A stretch of 64,000 nt of DNA, from positions 125,683,754-125,747,753 of the forward strand of contig CM109174.1 of assembly GCA_048593225.1 (NCBI GenBank), written 5' to 3'. Position 1 is the stretch's first letter. Every line of letters begins with the position of its first letter. The notes under the pieces were generated by a model. That model had not been told where the DNA came from and did no database searches. It saw only the letters and a program-made list of their open reading frames with translations. Source of the stretch: Sarcophilus harrisii (Eukaryota). Below are positions 1-13,040 of the stretch, one piece after another. The translations under genes and the position numbers were made by a program.

Positions 1-351
<351 letters not shown>

Positions 352-643
352 TAACACTGAGCGGGTCCCCTCACTCTGTGGGCCTCCCTTATTCACACGT
401 CTAGGGGAAGCGGCCTGAGCCAAGGGATTTTCATTGTCTTTGACCTCCAGGACTGATTAGAGACCAGGGCTTCCTTTCTAGGCTGACAGTTTTGTTCCAC
501 TTAAACCTCTTCAGATGTTGTGAACAAAGCATTTTGCAATTGGTAACAAGCTATGCTAACCCTGTACTAGGGAAACCCTCAATTTCTGAAGCTGATCAGA
601 AACAATAGGCTCTTGACCCTTCCCTTGAGCCAATTTCCGCTAG

Positions 644-985
<342 letters not shown>

Positions 986-1039
986 TGACGTCCCAAAACC
1001 TGGGTTGAAAAGCAAATTGTGGAGAGGTGATGGGAATAG

Positions 1040-1426
<387 letters not shown>

Positions 1427-1628
1427 TAGGAACAGAAAGGAAAACAGGATAAGGCTCACTTCAGGAGTTGTAAAAAAAAAAAAAATTTGTTTTTGAGATG
1501 AGAACAAAGGAAATACAGATTTAGGATTTGGGTAGATTGGACCAGAGAGGAGGTTCTCCTGCCTGGCCTGGCCTCCTGCCCTCCCCCCTCACTGGCTCAG
1601 ACCCCACTCCCCCCTCCTCTCCCTGCAG

Positions 1629-2007
<379 letters not shown>

Positions 2008-2296
2008 TGAGCACTCTTGATTTTTGGAGTAGTGTGGGTGGGCCTGGGCTGTTCACAAGATGGATGTCAATGGAGGTCAGGCCCAGGGTTCCAAGTTCTG
2101 ACTGGGTCTCCCTCAATCTGTCCTGAAGAGATTAGCTCTCTGGTTGGTTCTGGGCTCTATCTAGGTTCCATCTAGGCTGTGCAGATTATAGTCTTGGAAA
2201 ACCTTAGAGGTAGGTAGTGGATCTTTGGTGTTTTGAGACATGGAGGAGGGACGGATAAATTATAAAAGATAAAAGATGGCAGATAAAGGCACCTGA

Positions 2297-2491
<195 letters not shown>

Positions 2492-2798
2492 TAAATCCCA
2501 GTCCTAATCCTACTAGAGAGCCTGTTTGAAACATTCCCCGTAAGTCTTCCTGCTTATCCCTCCCCCATCTCTCATTTCCCCTCTTAGAGACTCCCAACTT
2601 CTCTCTTCATTAACCCAGTGGCTCAGCAGCCAACAAAATCCTCCACCCTCTGTCCTGACTCCCCTCAGTGCAGCTGTACCATACCCAAGACCCTACCTCA
2701 AGAATTTCCTGGAACCACCAGATGGTGAATAGCATCCCTCTTGCCCTGCCTCCCACCCCCAACAAGCTGACAGATGACACTGTTATCTCTGTTCTCAG

Positions 2799-2828
2799 GA
2801 TACAAGAGAGTATGAAGTCTCCATCTAA
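2799..2828 (+). CDS. SEZ6L2: SEZ6L2 terminal coding exon (DTREYEVSI*, includes stop)
   Basis: Acceptor gttctcAG at 2797-2798. It encodes DTREYEVSI followed by TAA at 2826-2828, matching the family C-terminus. Confidence 0.75.
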   Translation, partial: DTREYEVSI

Positions 2829-2996
2829 GCACCAATGGAAGGAGTAGAACTTTTGGATGTCCCTTCCTGACCCCTCCCCCCAGACCAATCTGGGAAGGGG
2901 GGAAGAAGTAAAAAGAACTGGATCTTCCACTCTCAGCTCTCAACATCTCATGCTTCTCCCTTCTCCTTGTAAATACCCTAAGACCCCATTAAGGAC

Positions 2997-3002
2997 AATA
3001 AA
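2997..3002 (+). other. SEZ6L2: AATAAA polyadenylation signal, probable SEZ6L2 3' end
   Basis: AATAAA lies about 170 nt downstream of the stop codon, after which the sequence loses coding character. Confidence 0.5.
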
Positions 3003-4215
3003 TACCCTGAAGATCCTCTGGTAAAAATAAGCCAGCACCCTGCCTCCCAAGTCATCCTTTTTCTCTGTTGCCAAATGCAGGGGGTCCTTTTGCCTCCTAT
3101 ACCCATAATCTGGCTCCCCAGCTCTAAAATACAGTTGTCCCTTGGTTACTTAGCACTGGGGCCAATAAGGGGAGAGGGGTAATATATCTTAGTCCAGGTC
3201 CTAACCTACTTGTCCCTGTGGCTACCACAGGGATCAATCTCACTCAGAAGGCTTGATAAAATTTTCCTTATTCTCTGGTGGCTCTCATTGCTTGCCAGTT
3301 CCCTGGCCACACATGTTCCTGTCCTACCAGCACTATCCATTCTTGGATTTTCCTTTTGCTCTCCCCTACCCACTGCTCCTTCCGGCCAAGAGCTCTAGGC
3401 AGCCCCTTTTTTGCCCAATAGCCCCAGTCTTTTGGCTAGGCAGAGTAAGAGTAGGGAGGGCTAGGGAAATGACCCCTAACCCCTGCAATCCCTCCCTCCC
3501 TCCAGGTTCCCCCAGTTCTACCCTTTACCCCTTCTGGCTTCTGGATTTTTGTTTTCAAGCAATAAACAGAAAATCACCATTTGTAACTGGGCCCAGTATT
3601 ATGGTGGGGGCAGCTTATAAGTGGGAAGAGGGAGCAGAAGAATTTGTTGGGGGAATGGCAAAACAAGACCATACTTCCTACTCTTATGGAAGCTGAATAG
3701 GTTCAACTGAGGCTTGGAGCAAATACTCTCTTAAATGCTTAACTGAAGATCTAATGGCAACAGCCCTTCAGAGAGAAGTAAGAGCTATGAGAATGAAAAG
3801 GGAATTTCCAGATCTTCCAATCTCACCACATATTGTACAGCTGAGGGAAAAAAAAGAGGCCTAGAAAAGGAAAAATGGTTTCTACAAGGCCACTAACTTA
3901 AGAGCAGAGAAACAAGGTCCCCCAATTCCCCCTGTATTTGATCTCTTTCCATTCCACCATCATGGCTTTTGAGGAGAGCCAGGAATTCCTCTTATCCTCA
4001 GAGCTCAGTGATCTATGTCCAACCCTCAGTTGACTATGTGAGTAAATGAAGGAGATTCTGGGAGAGAATACAAAGTAATAGATAATTCAAAATAGTCGAT
4101 TATCAATGATCCTAGATTAGAAACCCCTAGCAGATAATCTGCAATACTAGATAGTCCAAAAGCACTTTACATTCTTCCTAGGGATGAAATCATAGGATGC
4201 TAGTGCTTAAGAATT

Positions 4216-4250
4216 GATTTTGTTTTGTTTTGTTTTGTTTTGTTTTGCCT
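4216..4250. repeat. (TTTTG)n microsatellite
   Basis: Seven tandem TTTTG units; poly-T runs follow at about 4318-4350 and 4395-4415. Confidence 0.8.
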
Positions 4251-7200
4251 TTTTTAATGATTATGCTGAGCTTTAGTGAATGCTATTATAAAAATAGAAT
4301 TTGCCTTTTTTCATTAAGTTTTGTGTTGGGTTTTTTTTTTTTTTTTTTTAATGGTGATGCTGAGCTTTAGTGAATGCTACTATAAAAATAGAATTTGCCT
4401 TTTTTTTTTTTTCCAGCAAGGTGGTAGTGGAAGTTCAATAATAAAGTCATGTCCTAGACAACCTACCTTGTAGATCATATATACCTGAAGAACTCCTTAA
4501 AGATGAGCTAATCTACTGTTCCCCTCTCTCCCTTGTACCAGTGGTAGTGTATCCCACTCATTACCCTTCTCAGATAAGGTCAGACTACAGCATTGCCTGA
4601 ATTGGGGGAGGGGAAAGCGGGGGTCCCCGTCTCTTTATTAGTCTCTGGCTCCTGATGGTGTCATGGCCGGGCTGTAGGGAGTGAAGAAGAATGTCTTTGG
4701 GAGAGTCTTTGGGTCTTGCGGATGATGACACTCATAGCCAGGAGTCCACCCTAGGATTTTTTCAGATGAATTGTGAAGAGTGGGATCTCAAGCCACATTC
4801 TGAGGGAAGAAAGGGAGGAGAGGAGAGATGTGAATTCCTCTTCCCTTTCCTAAATGATTCTTTCTTGGGTCAGGAGTCAAAGGAGAACATCTGCTTCTAA
4901 AGCCTTTGAAGGAAGTATTCTGTCCCTCCTAATATTTTTGTGATCTGCTGTCCCTTGGTCCCCACAAACCTAGATCCTGCCCCAACCCCCAAAGCACCCC
5001 TATAGAATCTTAGTGGTAGAGGGTCTTACAGGTCATCTGGGTTAACATCCAACCATGGAGAAATCTCACCTACAACCTCTTAGAGAGATGGTCATCCAGT
5101 CTTTGCTTCAACACTTCTAGTAACCCAGAGCTTTTTGAGGCAGCTGGTGAGCAGTTCTGATGGAATATTTTTCCTAAATGGAAATCTCCTTCCCTGTCAC
5201 TTCCTTCCATTGAGTCTAGTTCTTCTCTCTGGAGTAAATACAGATTACAGCTATTGCCTCTTCCACACGATAACACTTCAAATCTATGAAGTCAGGTTTC
5301 ACATCTTTCCCAAGTCTTCTCTCTTCCAAGCTAGGTAGACATAGTTCCTTCAAAAGCTACATATAAGAATGATTTTTCAGGTTCATCCTCATGCTAATTA
5401 CCTTTCTTTGGGTGAATTCCATCTTGTCAATGTACCTTTGACTCTACCTTAAAATGTTGCAGCCACCGTTCAAAATACCTTGATACTTCCTTGCTCTTTC
5501 CTCAAAGGATAGGAAGAGAGGCCTTCTGGGATTGTAGTCGACCTCCGAGCATTCCGTCGGGGAGTCAAATACATGCTTCCACCCAGAGTGTCCTCTTGTC
5601 GTACAGTCTCTACCTAGAAAGGGATAGAGATTAATGCAAAATTCTATTCCCAGGTGCTAATCAGGAATAGAGTAAGGGAACTCTTCTCCCTCACCTGCTT
5701 ATGTTGGGATAGGTCTTTCTCTTTCAACTTCAGCAATTTAACTTTCTCATCTTTAAAATCTTCAACCTAAAGCATTACAAGGAAGAAGAAGGGCTTGGGT
5801 TGTTTCTGGAATTTGGAGTATAATCTTTCTTATTCTGAGGTAGGGGAATTCCTGTAGTTTCCTCCCTCAAGTGAGAAAGCATAAGAATCTTCTCTCTTTC
5901 ACATCCCTTTCTACAATCTCTAGTTGGAAGAAAATCTTATCACATACCATCTCTCTGGATGGCAGGAGATGAGTCTTGTTTCTGGTCCTGTTTCTGTCAG
6001 AACTACAAAGAAGAAGAAAGGATGGGATAGAAAGAAAATGAATTCCATAGTAAAAATGAATTCTATGGTGGAGTGCAGCCCAGCTACTCCCTCTTCAAAG
6101 TTCCTTCCCACCTAAAGTTCTCCATAATATCTCCCCCCAAAAGTGAATTCTCATTTCCTACTTCCCCTTCACCCCTGTAAAATATAGAAAACTACTGGAT
6201 TTGAAATATGAAGACTTGGGTTCAAGACCTGGTTCTGACACTTTCTAAACTTGTGAGCAAGTTATTAGTGTATTTTTTTTTTTATTTCTAAGTGGGGAAG
6301 ATAACACTTGTACTCACAAGTTACTTAGCTTTTTTGTTTTATTATCTGTAAAATGGGGAAAATAATATTTGCACTCCACAGCCCTATAGGTTGTAATGAA
6401 TAAAACAAATTGTAAAAGCCCCATAAAACAATATTATTGTTTCTCTTTCTTCAATGCCCCAGTGCCCTAAGGTGTGACCTTTCTCTTCAGGGATTCTCAC
6501 CGAGTATCTGTGCCCTTGGTCCGAGTGGTTGGCGGCACTGAAAACATAGGCCCTAGTTAGAAAGAGTGCCTCTCTCTGTGACCAAAAAGGGAAAAAGGGG
6601 TTGGAATAACTAGTCACAGGGATTGGGTAAGTAAGATCAAGAATACGGAAATGAAACACAGATGCTTGTAAGGTTGTATGACGTTAGGTGGGAATGGCAC
6701 CTAAGGGGGGGCCTGCCAGGGTTCAAAACGGGTTCCTAGGGAGTAGACTTTGGGGCTGGAGTTCAGGGCACTGTATTAGAGCAGGGATCACCGTGTCGGG
6801 ACATCTGAGTTCCCTGGTCCAGTTTTTTCAATTCCTTGGGCAGGTCAGAGCCTATTGGATATTGGGCTCCCATCAGGGCCTCGTTGGTAAGTTCTGTGCT
6901 GATACGGACCAAATACTCCTCAGATCTGGTTAACACCTTGCAGGAAGGATGAGAGTTGAGGGGACCAGGGTCAGATGGTTGATTTGGGGGGAGAAAAGTG
7001 CCCCTTTCCCTGCAATCCTCCCACTGCACTCACCGCTGGTGTAGGGGGATTATGTGAATTTAGAGTGCCCTTTTTCTCCTGAGGCCCTGAAGGACTGGAC
7101 GCCATCCCCTGGGAACAGGTAGAGAGAGGTGGGCTATTAAGTTGGAAAGTTACCCCACTTTTTTTTTTTTTTTCCCCTTTGGAGGGTGTGGGCCAGGCAT

Positions 7201-7862
7201 GGCCTGAGACTATCCCATGATGTTATTTTCAGTTGTGCGGAAAAACCACCTTCTGGTTTCCTTTCTCCAACAGATTAACACACAAACTTTAGGGCATCCA
7301 GCCCATCATTAGTCGTTTTTCCACTTTCCCTCACACCAGTCTGTCCCCCCTCCCTTTCCTCAATTTGGTCCCTTCAGTTGACTCCCTCCTCCTCCACCCC
7401 CTAGTCCTCAGGGTCCTTTCCCAAACCCAAGGGTTCAGTTTCCCATTTTCGAGACCTGATGTTGGATAGAAATTGCCTATGGCCCGGGAGGGGAGAGACG
7501 GGGAGGTCTTTCTAGTAGTCCCGCCGTTGCTGTTGCTATGGTTACCGGTCGCAGAGGGAAGGGAGGATGGAAGGGGGAGGGGAAGAGTGGCACGGGGAGG
7601 TTGCCCCGGGAACCACGCAGGCGGAGGGAGCTCGGCGGCGCGTTGCTAGGAGACAACTCCTTTGAATTCTAGACGTCAAATCCGAAGTCATCTTTTTTTT
7701 TTTTTCTTTCTTTCTTTTTTTCCCGGCATCCCTTTCTTCTCCGCTCAAGCATCATATGCAGTAGAACTACTCAGCTTGCAGGGCGGGGAGAATTATTTAT
7801 CCTACTAATAGGCTTGAATATTGAAAGAGTAGTATCCTCCCAGGGCCCAGGGGGCGATCTCT

Positions 7863-8088
7863 AGAGTCAGCTCCTTCTAGTCTAAAGCTGCTTCCGGACG
7901 CTCTAGCTGCCACCTTGACGTCCTGGAGTAACTGAGATCAAAAGAGGATGAGTCAGAGTTGGAGGAAAGGGATGATTTAGGACGGAACCAAATGCTTCAT
8001 GCGGTGGGTCCTTGAAGCGTGGGTTACGTGAAATAAGTCTCTCTTTTGTTCCTTTTTAAGAGAAAGACCCTCACCAAAAATTAAAGCT
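7863..8088 (+). repeat. Local direct repeat, copy A (226 bp)
   Basis: About 93% identical to 9240-9465 in the same orientation. Begins AGAGTC, ends TTAAAGCT. Confidence 0.85.
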
Positions 8089-8129
8089 AGTTATTAGTGT
8101 GCTTATCTAGCTTCTCTTCGGCACCTTTT

Positions 8130-8830
8130 CCATTCTGAGTTTACAATTCGTTCCCAGTCTCTGTGCGCGTAACCCCCTCCCCGCCCTGAACTTGGTTCAA
8201 GCCGCCGGAGAGCCGAGCAGGAAAGAAAGGGGAAAGGAAGAGGGCCGTTCTTAAAGGGATCGGGGCCGCTTTTGGCCGCCAGCTTTGCGTCAGCGCGGGC
8301 GGAAGGGCAGATTTCTGGGATTCCGGGGGCCCCCCCCGCCCGGCCGGCGCTGTGACGCCAGGAAGAAAGGTGGAGAGGAAGGACTTGGAGTCCCTCCCTG
8401 GGCCCCGAGCGAGCGGCCTAAGGGGAGCTGCCTCCCTGCAGGAGGAAGGCCGGCCGGGCGCCGGAAGCTGCACAGCTGGACCGGCTGATGCCTGGGACGG
8501 CAGGGGGGGCTTGCACATCTGGGTCCCGCCCGGGGCGGAGGCCGCGGGGTCCGCTGCGGCCCCGGAGCTGCTGATGCGCGGGGGCGGACGGGGCGGCTGC
8601 ACGGGGCCGGCGCCGGGGGGTGCCTGCGGGCAGAGGGAAGGGGCGGAGCGGCAGCCGGGGACGCGGCAGCCCGAGCCCGGGGCTTGCTTAGCTGCCTGAC
8701 GCGGCAGCGCCCGGGGACCGCTGCCCCTCCCCCGCGTTTCCAGAGGCCGTCCCTCCGCGCCCCGCCGAGATGCCGGAAGAAAACATCTTTCTGTTCGTGC
8801 CCAACCTCATCGGTGAGTCTGCGGACCCCG
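8130..8830 (+). promoter_or_regulatory. CDIPT: CpG island / CDIPT promoter and 5'UTR
   Basis: Very high GC and CpG density immediately upstream of the CDIPT ATG at 8770. No TATA box; typical housekeeping promoter. Confidence 0.6.
8770..8812 (+). CDS. CDIPT: CDIPT exon 1 coding part (MPEENIFLFVPNLI-G)
   Basis: ATG in good Kozak context (gagATGc); donor GTGAGT at 8813. Near-identical to the human CDP-diacylglycerol--inositol 3-phosphatidyltransferase N-terminus (from memory). Confidence 0.9.
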
Positions 8831-8988
8831 AGCGCGGGCCGCAGCACCGCGCGTGACCTTGGGCGGGCGGCTCCCCGTCCCCGATGCTCCTCTCCCCGGC
8901 CCGGGTCTCGGTGGGGGTCGGTGGGGCCCCTCGGGCCGGCCCCGTTTGTTCACACCCGTCCTAGTGCTCTCTCTGCCCTCGTCCTCAG

Positions 8989-9123
8989 GCTATGCTCGCA
9001 TCGTCTTCGCCCTCATTTCCTTCTACTTCATGCCCAGCTGCCCGTTCACTGCCTCCTCCTTCTACTTGCTCAGCGGGCTCTTGGACGCCTTCGACGGGCA
9101 CGCAGCCCGGGCCCTGAATCAAG
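8989..9123 (+). CDS. CDIPT: CDIPT exon 2
   Basis: Acceptor gtcctcAG at 8987-8988. It encodes YARIVFALISFYFMPSCPFTASSFYLLSGLLDAFDGHAARALNQ (CDP-alcohol phosphotransferase motif D-G-x2-A-R); donor GTGACC at 9124. Anchored to ORF 8853..9284. Confidence 0.9.
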
Positions 9124-9239
9124 GTGACCGAACGCCCAGCGCGCCGCTCCCCTCCCCCCCCCCCCCTTCCCCCTCCCCGAGCACCCTCCCCGGACTCGGG
9201 CCGGGCACCGAAGCAGGGGGGGAGGGGCTAATCATTAGC

Positions 9240-9465
9240 CAGAGTCGGCTCCCTCCGGTCCAAAGCTGCTTCCGGACGCTCTAGCTGCCACCTGGACGTC
9301 CTGCAGTAACTGAGATCAAGAGAGGATGAGTCAGAGTTGGAGGAAAGGGATGACTTAGGACGGAACCAAATGCTTCATCCGGTGGGTCCCTGAAGCGTGG
9401 GTTACCTGAAATAAGTCTCTCTTTTGTTCCTTTTTAAGAGAAAAATCCTCACCAAAAATTAAAGC
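9240..9465 (+). repeat. Local direct repeat, copy B (226 bp) in CDIPT intron 2
   Basis: About 93% identical to 7863-8088. The spacing between copies is 1377 bp. Confidence 0.85.
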
Positions 9466-9936
9466 TCCCTGGTGGTTAGATCGCAAAACCCCGAATTAAG
9501 GGAACCAGAGAGGTTTGGAGCACTTTCCCCTGGGGAATCTTCTCTGGGTGTGTTGAGATTGAAAAAAGGAGTTTGGGGTCACAGACTGGTGTCACGGGGT
9601 GTCTCGGAAGAATTTGCAGTCAAGGGGCAAAGTTTAGTGAATTGTAATGTCATTACAAACCCGGGCTTGGAATTTCCCAAAGAAATTTGCTACCCACCCC
9701 TTACACCTTCTAATCTTGGCCCCTTATCTGCTCTTAGATCCCTGTCTCAGTTGATTGGCAGTTTCTGACTCCTAGTCCTCTCTGGGCCCAGGAGAGAATG
9801 AACACCCTTAGTTTTTCAGTTCCTGCCCATCTGCGGGTTGGGAGCAGCGTTGCTCATGCTGACCCTGGCCGGGGTCCATTCACTCTCACTGTTTTCATCC
9901 CAGACTTCTGTCTCCCTCATTTCTACCTCAATTTAG

Positions 9937-10090
9937 GAACACGCTTTGGGGCAATGCTGGACATGCTGACTGATCGATGTTCCACCATGTGTTTGCTGGT
10001 AAACCTAGCTCTGCTCTACCCGCGGGCCACCCTGCTCTTCCAGCTCAGCATGAGTCTGGATGTTGCCAGCCATTGGCTGCACCTACACAG
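9937..10090 (+). CDS. CDIPT: CDIPT exon 3
   Basis: Acceptor atttAG at 9935-9936. It encodes TRFGAMLDMLTDRCSTMCLLVNLALLYPRATLLFQLSMSLDVASHWLHLH; donor GTTACA at 10091. Anchored to ORF 9798..10127. Confidence 0.9.
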
Positions 10091-10375
10091 GTTACAACCA
10101 CCACCCCACCGGGCTGAGAAAGTATAGCCTTGGGTTTGGCCCGTCACTCACCGAGTTACTTCAGGAGGGGTCCTAATGATCACCTTTCAGTGAGGGTAGA
10201 AAGAGGAAGTCCTAGAGATACTTCACTGGGGAATGGGCCTTTCTTCTTAGAGGCAAGGGAGAATCCATGGGTTAGTGGGTGATGGAACAAGAGAAATATG
10301 GGTGGGGGAAGTGGGGCAAGGTGGGAGTTTGAGTGGGAGAGGGAATACTTTATATTCTCGTATCTTTCCTTCCAG

Positions 10376-10457
10376 CTCCGTGGTCCGTGGCAGTGAGAGC
10401 CACAAAACTATTGACCTAACAGGGAATCCCATCCTTCGGCTCTACTATACTTCCCGG
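10376..10457 (+). CDS. CDIPT: CDIPT exon 4
   Basis: Acceptor ccttccAG at 10374-10375. It encodes SVVRGSESHKTIDLTGNPILRLYYTSR; donor GTGAGT at 10458. Anchored to ORF 10275..10547. Confidence 0.9.
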
Positions 10458-10586
10458 GTGAGTCCCAATACAGATCTTACCCCTAGACGGCACTTTGAGT
10501 GTCCAGATACCTTGCCTTGCTGCCAGGTATCCACTTCCATTCTCTGAAGTCTTAACTGGTTTTGGAATGAATGTGAGGGAGCATAT

Positions 10587-10588
10587 GA

Positions 10589-10633
<45 letters not shown>

Positions 10634-10668
10634 TGTGTGTTTGTGTGTGAGAGAGAGAGAGAGAGAGA
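10587..10668. repeat. Compound (GT)n(GA)n microsatellite in CDIPT intron 4
   Basis: About 27 GT repeats (with two GTTT interruptions) followed by about 11 GA repeats. Ends about 65 bp upstream of the exon-5 acceptor. Confidence 0.85.
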
Positions 10669-10734
10669 AAGAGACGCTGAAATTGTGAGCCCACTATTCA
10701 AATTAAAAACACATGTTTTACCTTCTTCTTGCAG

Positions 10735-10816
10735 CCAGTGCTATTCATCATGTGTGCTGGGAATGAATTTTTCTACTGTCTGCTTTACTTGCTCTATTTC
10801 TCCGAGGGGCCATTAG
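10735..10816 (+). CDS. CDIPT: CDIPT exon 5
   Basis: Acceptor tcttgcAG at 10733-10734. It encodes PVLFIMCAGNEFFYCLLYLLYFSEGPL; donor GTATGA at 10817. Anchored to ORF 10729..10944. Confidence 0.9.
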
Positions 10817-11031
10817 GTATGACCCATGGGGGCCAGGAGGCAGATCTGAGGTCAAGATGTGGGGAGTGGGAGCCAGAGGGAGGTCTGGCTATGTCAGGGT
10901 GGCAGGTGGAGATTGGAGGGATAACTGATTTGACTAGATACTGATACTGAGCCTCTTAAGTGAATTCACCTGAATTAATTTCCTCCTCTTCTTTGTTTCT
11001 TTTCCCTCTCTATATTGGACCCTTTTTGCAG

Positions 11032-11177
11032 TGGGTTCAGTGGGTCTGTTCCGACTGGGACTCTGGATCTCCGCTCCTATTGCTTTTCTCAAGTCCCTCA
11101 TCAGTGTCATCCATTTGGTCACTGCCGCACGCAACATGGCTGCCCTGGATGCTGCTGACCGTGCCAAGAAGGAATAA
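11032..11177 (+). CDS. CDIPT: CDIPT exon 6, terminal (includes TAA stop)
   Basis: Acceptor ttttgcAG at 11030-11031. It encodes VGSVGLFRLGLWISAPIAFLKSLISVIHLVTAARNMAALDAADRAKKE*. The six exons sum to 639 nt (213 codons), the same length as human CDIPT. Confidence 0.9.
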
Positions 11178-12910
11178 CCCTGATGTCTTCTCTGCTTCCA
11201 GCAAAGTTCCAGCCCCGTTCCTCTCGCTGCCCCGCCCCCTGCCCCCCACGGGGCTGTTATGCCCTCCCCCAATGAGGTCAGCCTTTTATGTAGCACAAGG
11301 CGAGTCCTCCACAGTGCTGTCACCTTCCCTCCATGTCCCCCAGTGCTGTCAGAACTTCTTAAAGGCTGTCACTGTTCTTTGTCCCCCCTCCCACGTGATA
11401 CCACTTCCCAAGATGAGGGTAGCAGCTAGACATCAGATGAGGGCTCTCTTCCTGGGGACAACGGTGGAAGTCCCAGCCACAGAGGTGAGGCCCTGGCTCC
11501 ATGACCTGGGGGTGGCTGTGCTCCTTGGGAGAGATGGGGTGTCCTAGCACGGAGCCAGGCCAGGGGGCTGTTGGCAGCAGCCCCAGGAGACTCTGGGACC
11601 CATGCAAGCTGGCATGGTGCTGCTGTTTGAGGAAGATGGCGTGGGGGCTGGGTCTCCACTAGGAGCCAAACTCCCCTCCTGGTCTGGACGGTCCAGGATT
11701 GGAGGAGTCTTTGCCCTGGGGACTTTACCCAGGAGGGAAGGAGACTGTCTGGATCCTTCCCTGTTGTATTGTGTCTCATGATGTGTAATCTGGCCCTGAG
11801 GCCTTGATGATAAAGGAGGAAACTTCACAATCAGAGTCCAGGCTCCTGTCTTCACTCCCTGGATTTTACTTATGGTGGGGATAGGATGAGGGCTACCCCT
11901 TCCTTGGAACTTCCTTTGACTGAAGCAGTGAAATGGTCTGCATCATCTCCCCCTCCCCTCCCCTGTAAAAGGTTCTCTCCCTTCTGCCAGCAGAAGACCT
12001 AAGACTCATCTACTCTGAGAAGTCTGTTAGATAGACTTCTAATTTCTAATAGAAATTAGAAACTTCTAATAGATTTCCTCCCAATCCCCTGGGATCCTGT
12101 TAAACTCTAGCAATTATTGCCCATGATGCTAGGTACTTTTAATAATCCTCTTTTGTTCACTATCCACCTTTTGGCCTTATCTTTCCCATGGGACTTTGAA
12201 CTCCTTGGGGGAAGGTGAGAAGTGTGCCCATGGGTGAGTCACTTATTCCTGATTATTTCCCCATCACCCCATCAGGAAAATATCAGTAATTATACTTCTT
12301 AGGTGAAGGGAGGCAGGAAGGGTGGGGGTGGGGTGGGGCCAGGCAGGGTGTGCAATTGGCTCCAGTGTTTGCTGCAGTAGAACCATATTGACTGCAGGTC
12401 TGTGAGGGGATTAAAATGGTCCCACCATTAGTAAGACTGAGGTATAGAGTTCTGAGCCAATGACATTTTTTTTTAAAAGAGTCTTAGTGAAGTAGACTTT
12501 CAGATCTTCCTCTTAATCCGAGATGCCTTCTTCCAGGCTCCTGTTTTTATGGGGCTAGGTGTCCAGACCTTCGAGAACAGCTATACTGAATGCAAAATAT
12601 GTCAGTGGGGTCAAGTTGGGTGAAGCAAGGAATCTCTTCACTCAAGATGGACAGGCTTCTCCTGAGGCTGGGCAGGAGGAAAGAAGCTATCACAGTCAGT
12701 TACTCTTTGTCATAAGATGGTCACTTGTTCCTGTTGGACAAAAAAATTGGTCTGAAGTATAAGTATTTTAGGGGACTTTTATGCAGTTGAGTCCCCTCCA
12801 CCATGGTGGGCTTCATCACCACCTCAAGGCAAAACAAGAGTGGAAAACCTTTAGTTAACTTCCTGTAGTTAAGCAAGTGAACTTAAGAATCTTCAACTCA
12901 CAGCTCTGGG

Positions 12911-13040
12911 GCTTTTTTTTTTTTTTTTTTTTTATTGCTGAGACAATTGGGGTCACAACAGCTAGTGTTAAGTGTCTGAGGTCAGATTTGAACTCGGATC
13001 CTCCTGACTAAAGGGCTGATGCTCTTATCTACTGCACTAC
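12911..13040 (-). mobile_element. tRNA-derived/MIR-like SINE copy (minus orientation, poly-T at its start)
   Basis: Reverse complement of the motif ...CTGGGCAAGTCACTTAAC...GACCTGAGTTCAAATC..., which is shared with the copies at 37010, 42995 and 43373. Confidence 0.6.

Noticed and set aside
8141-8847. 153-aa and 185-aa minus-strand ORFs over the CDIPT promoter and exon 1
   Set aside because: CpG-island artefact antisense to the real CDIPT start.
10960-11547. 195-aa plus-strand ORF overlapping CDIPT exon 6
   Set aside because: A +1 frame across the real terminal exon that continues into the 3'UTR; the CDIPT frame is the one supported by homology and splice phase.
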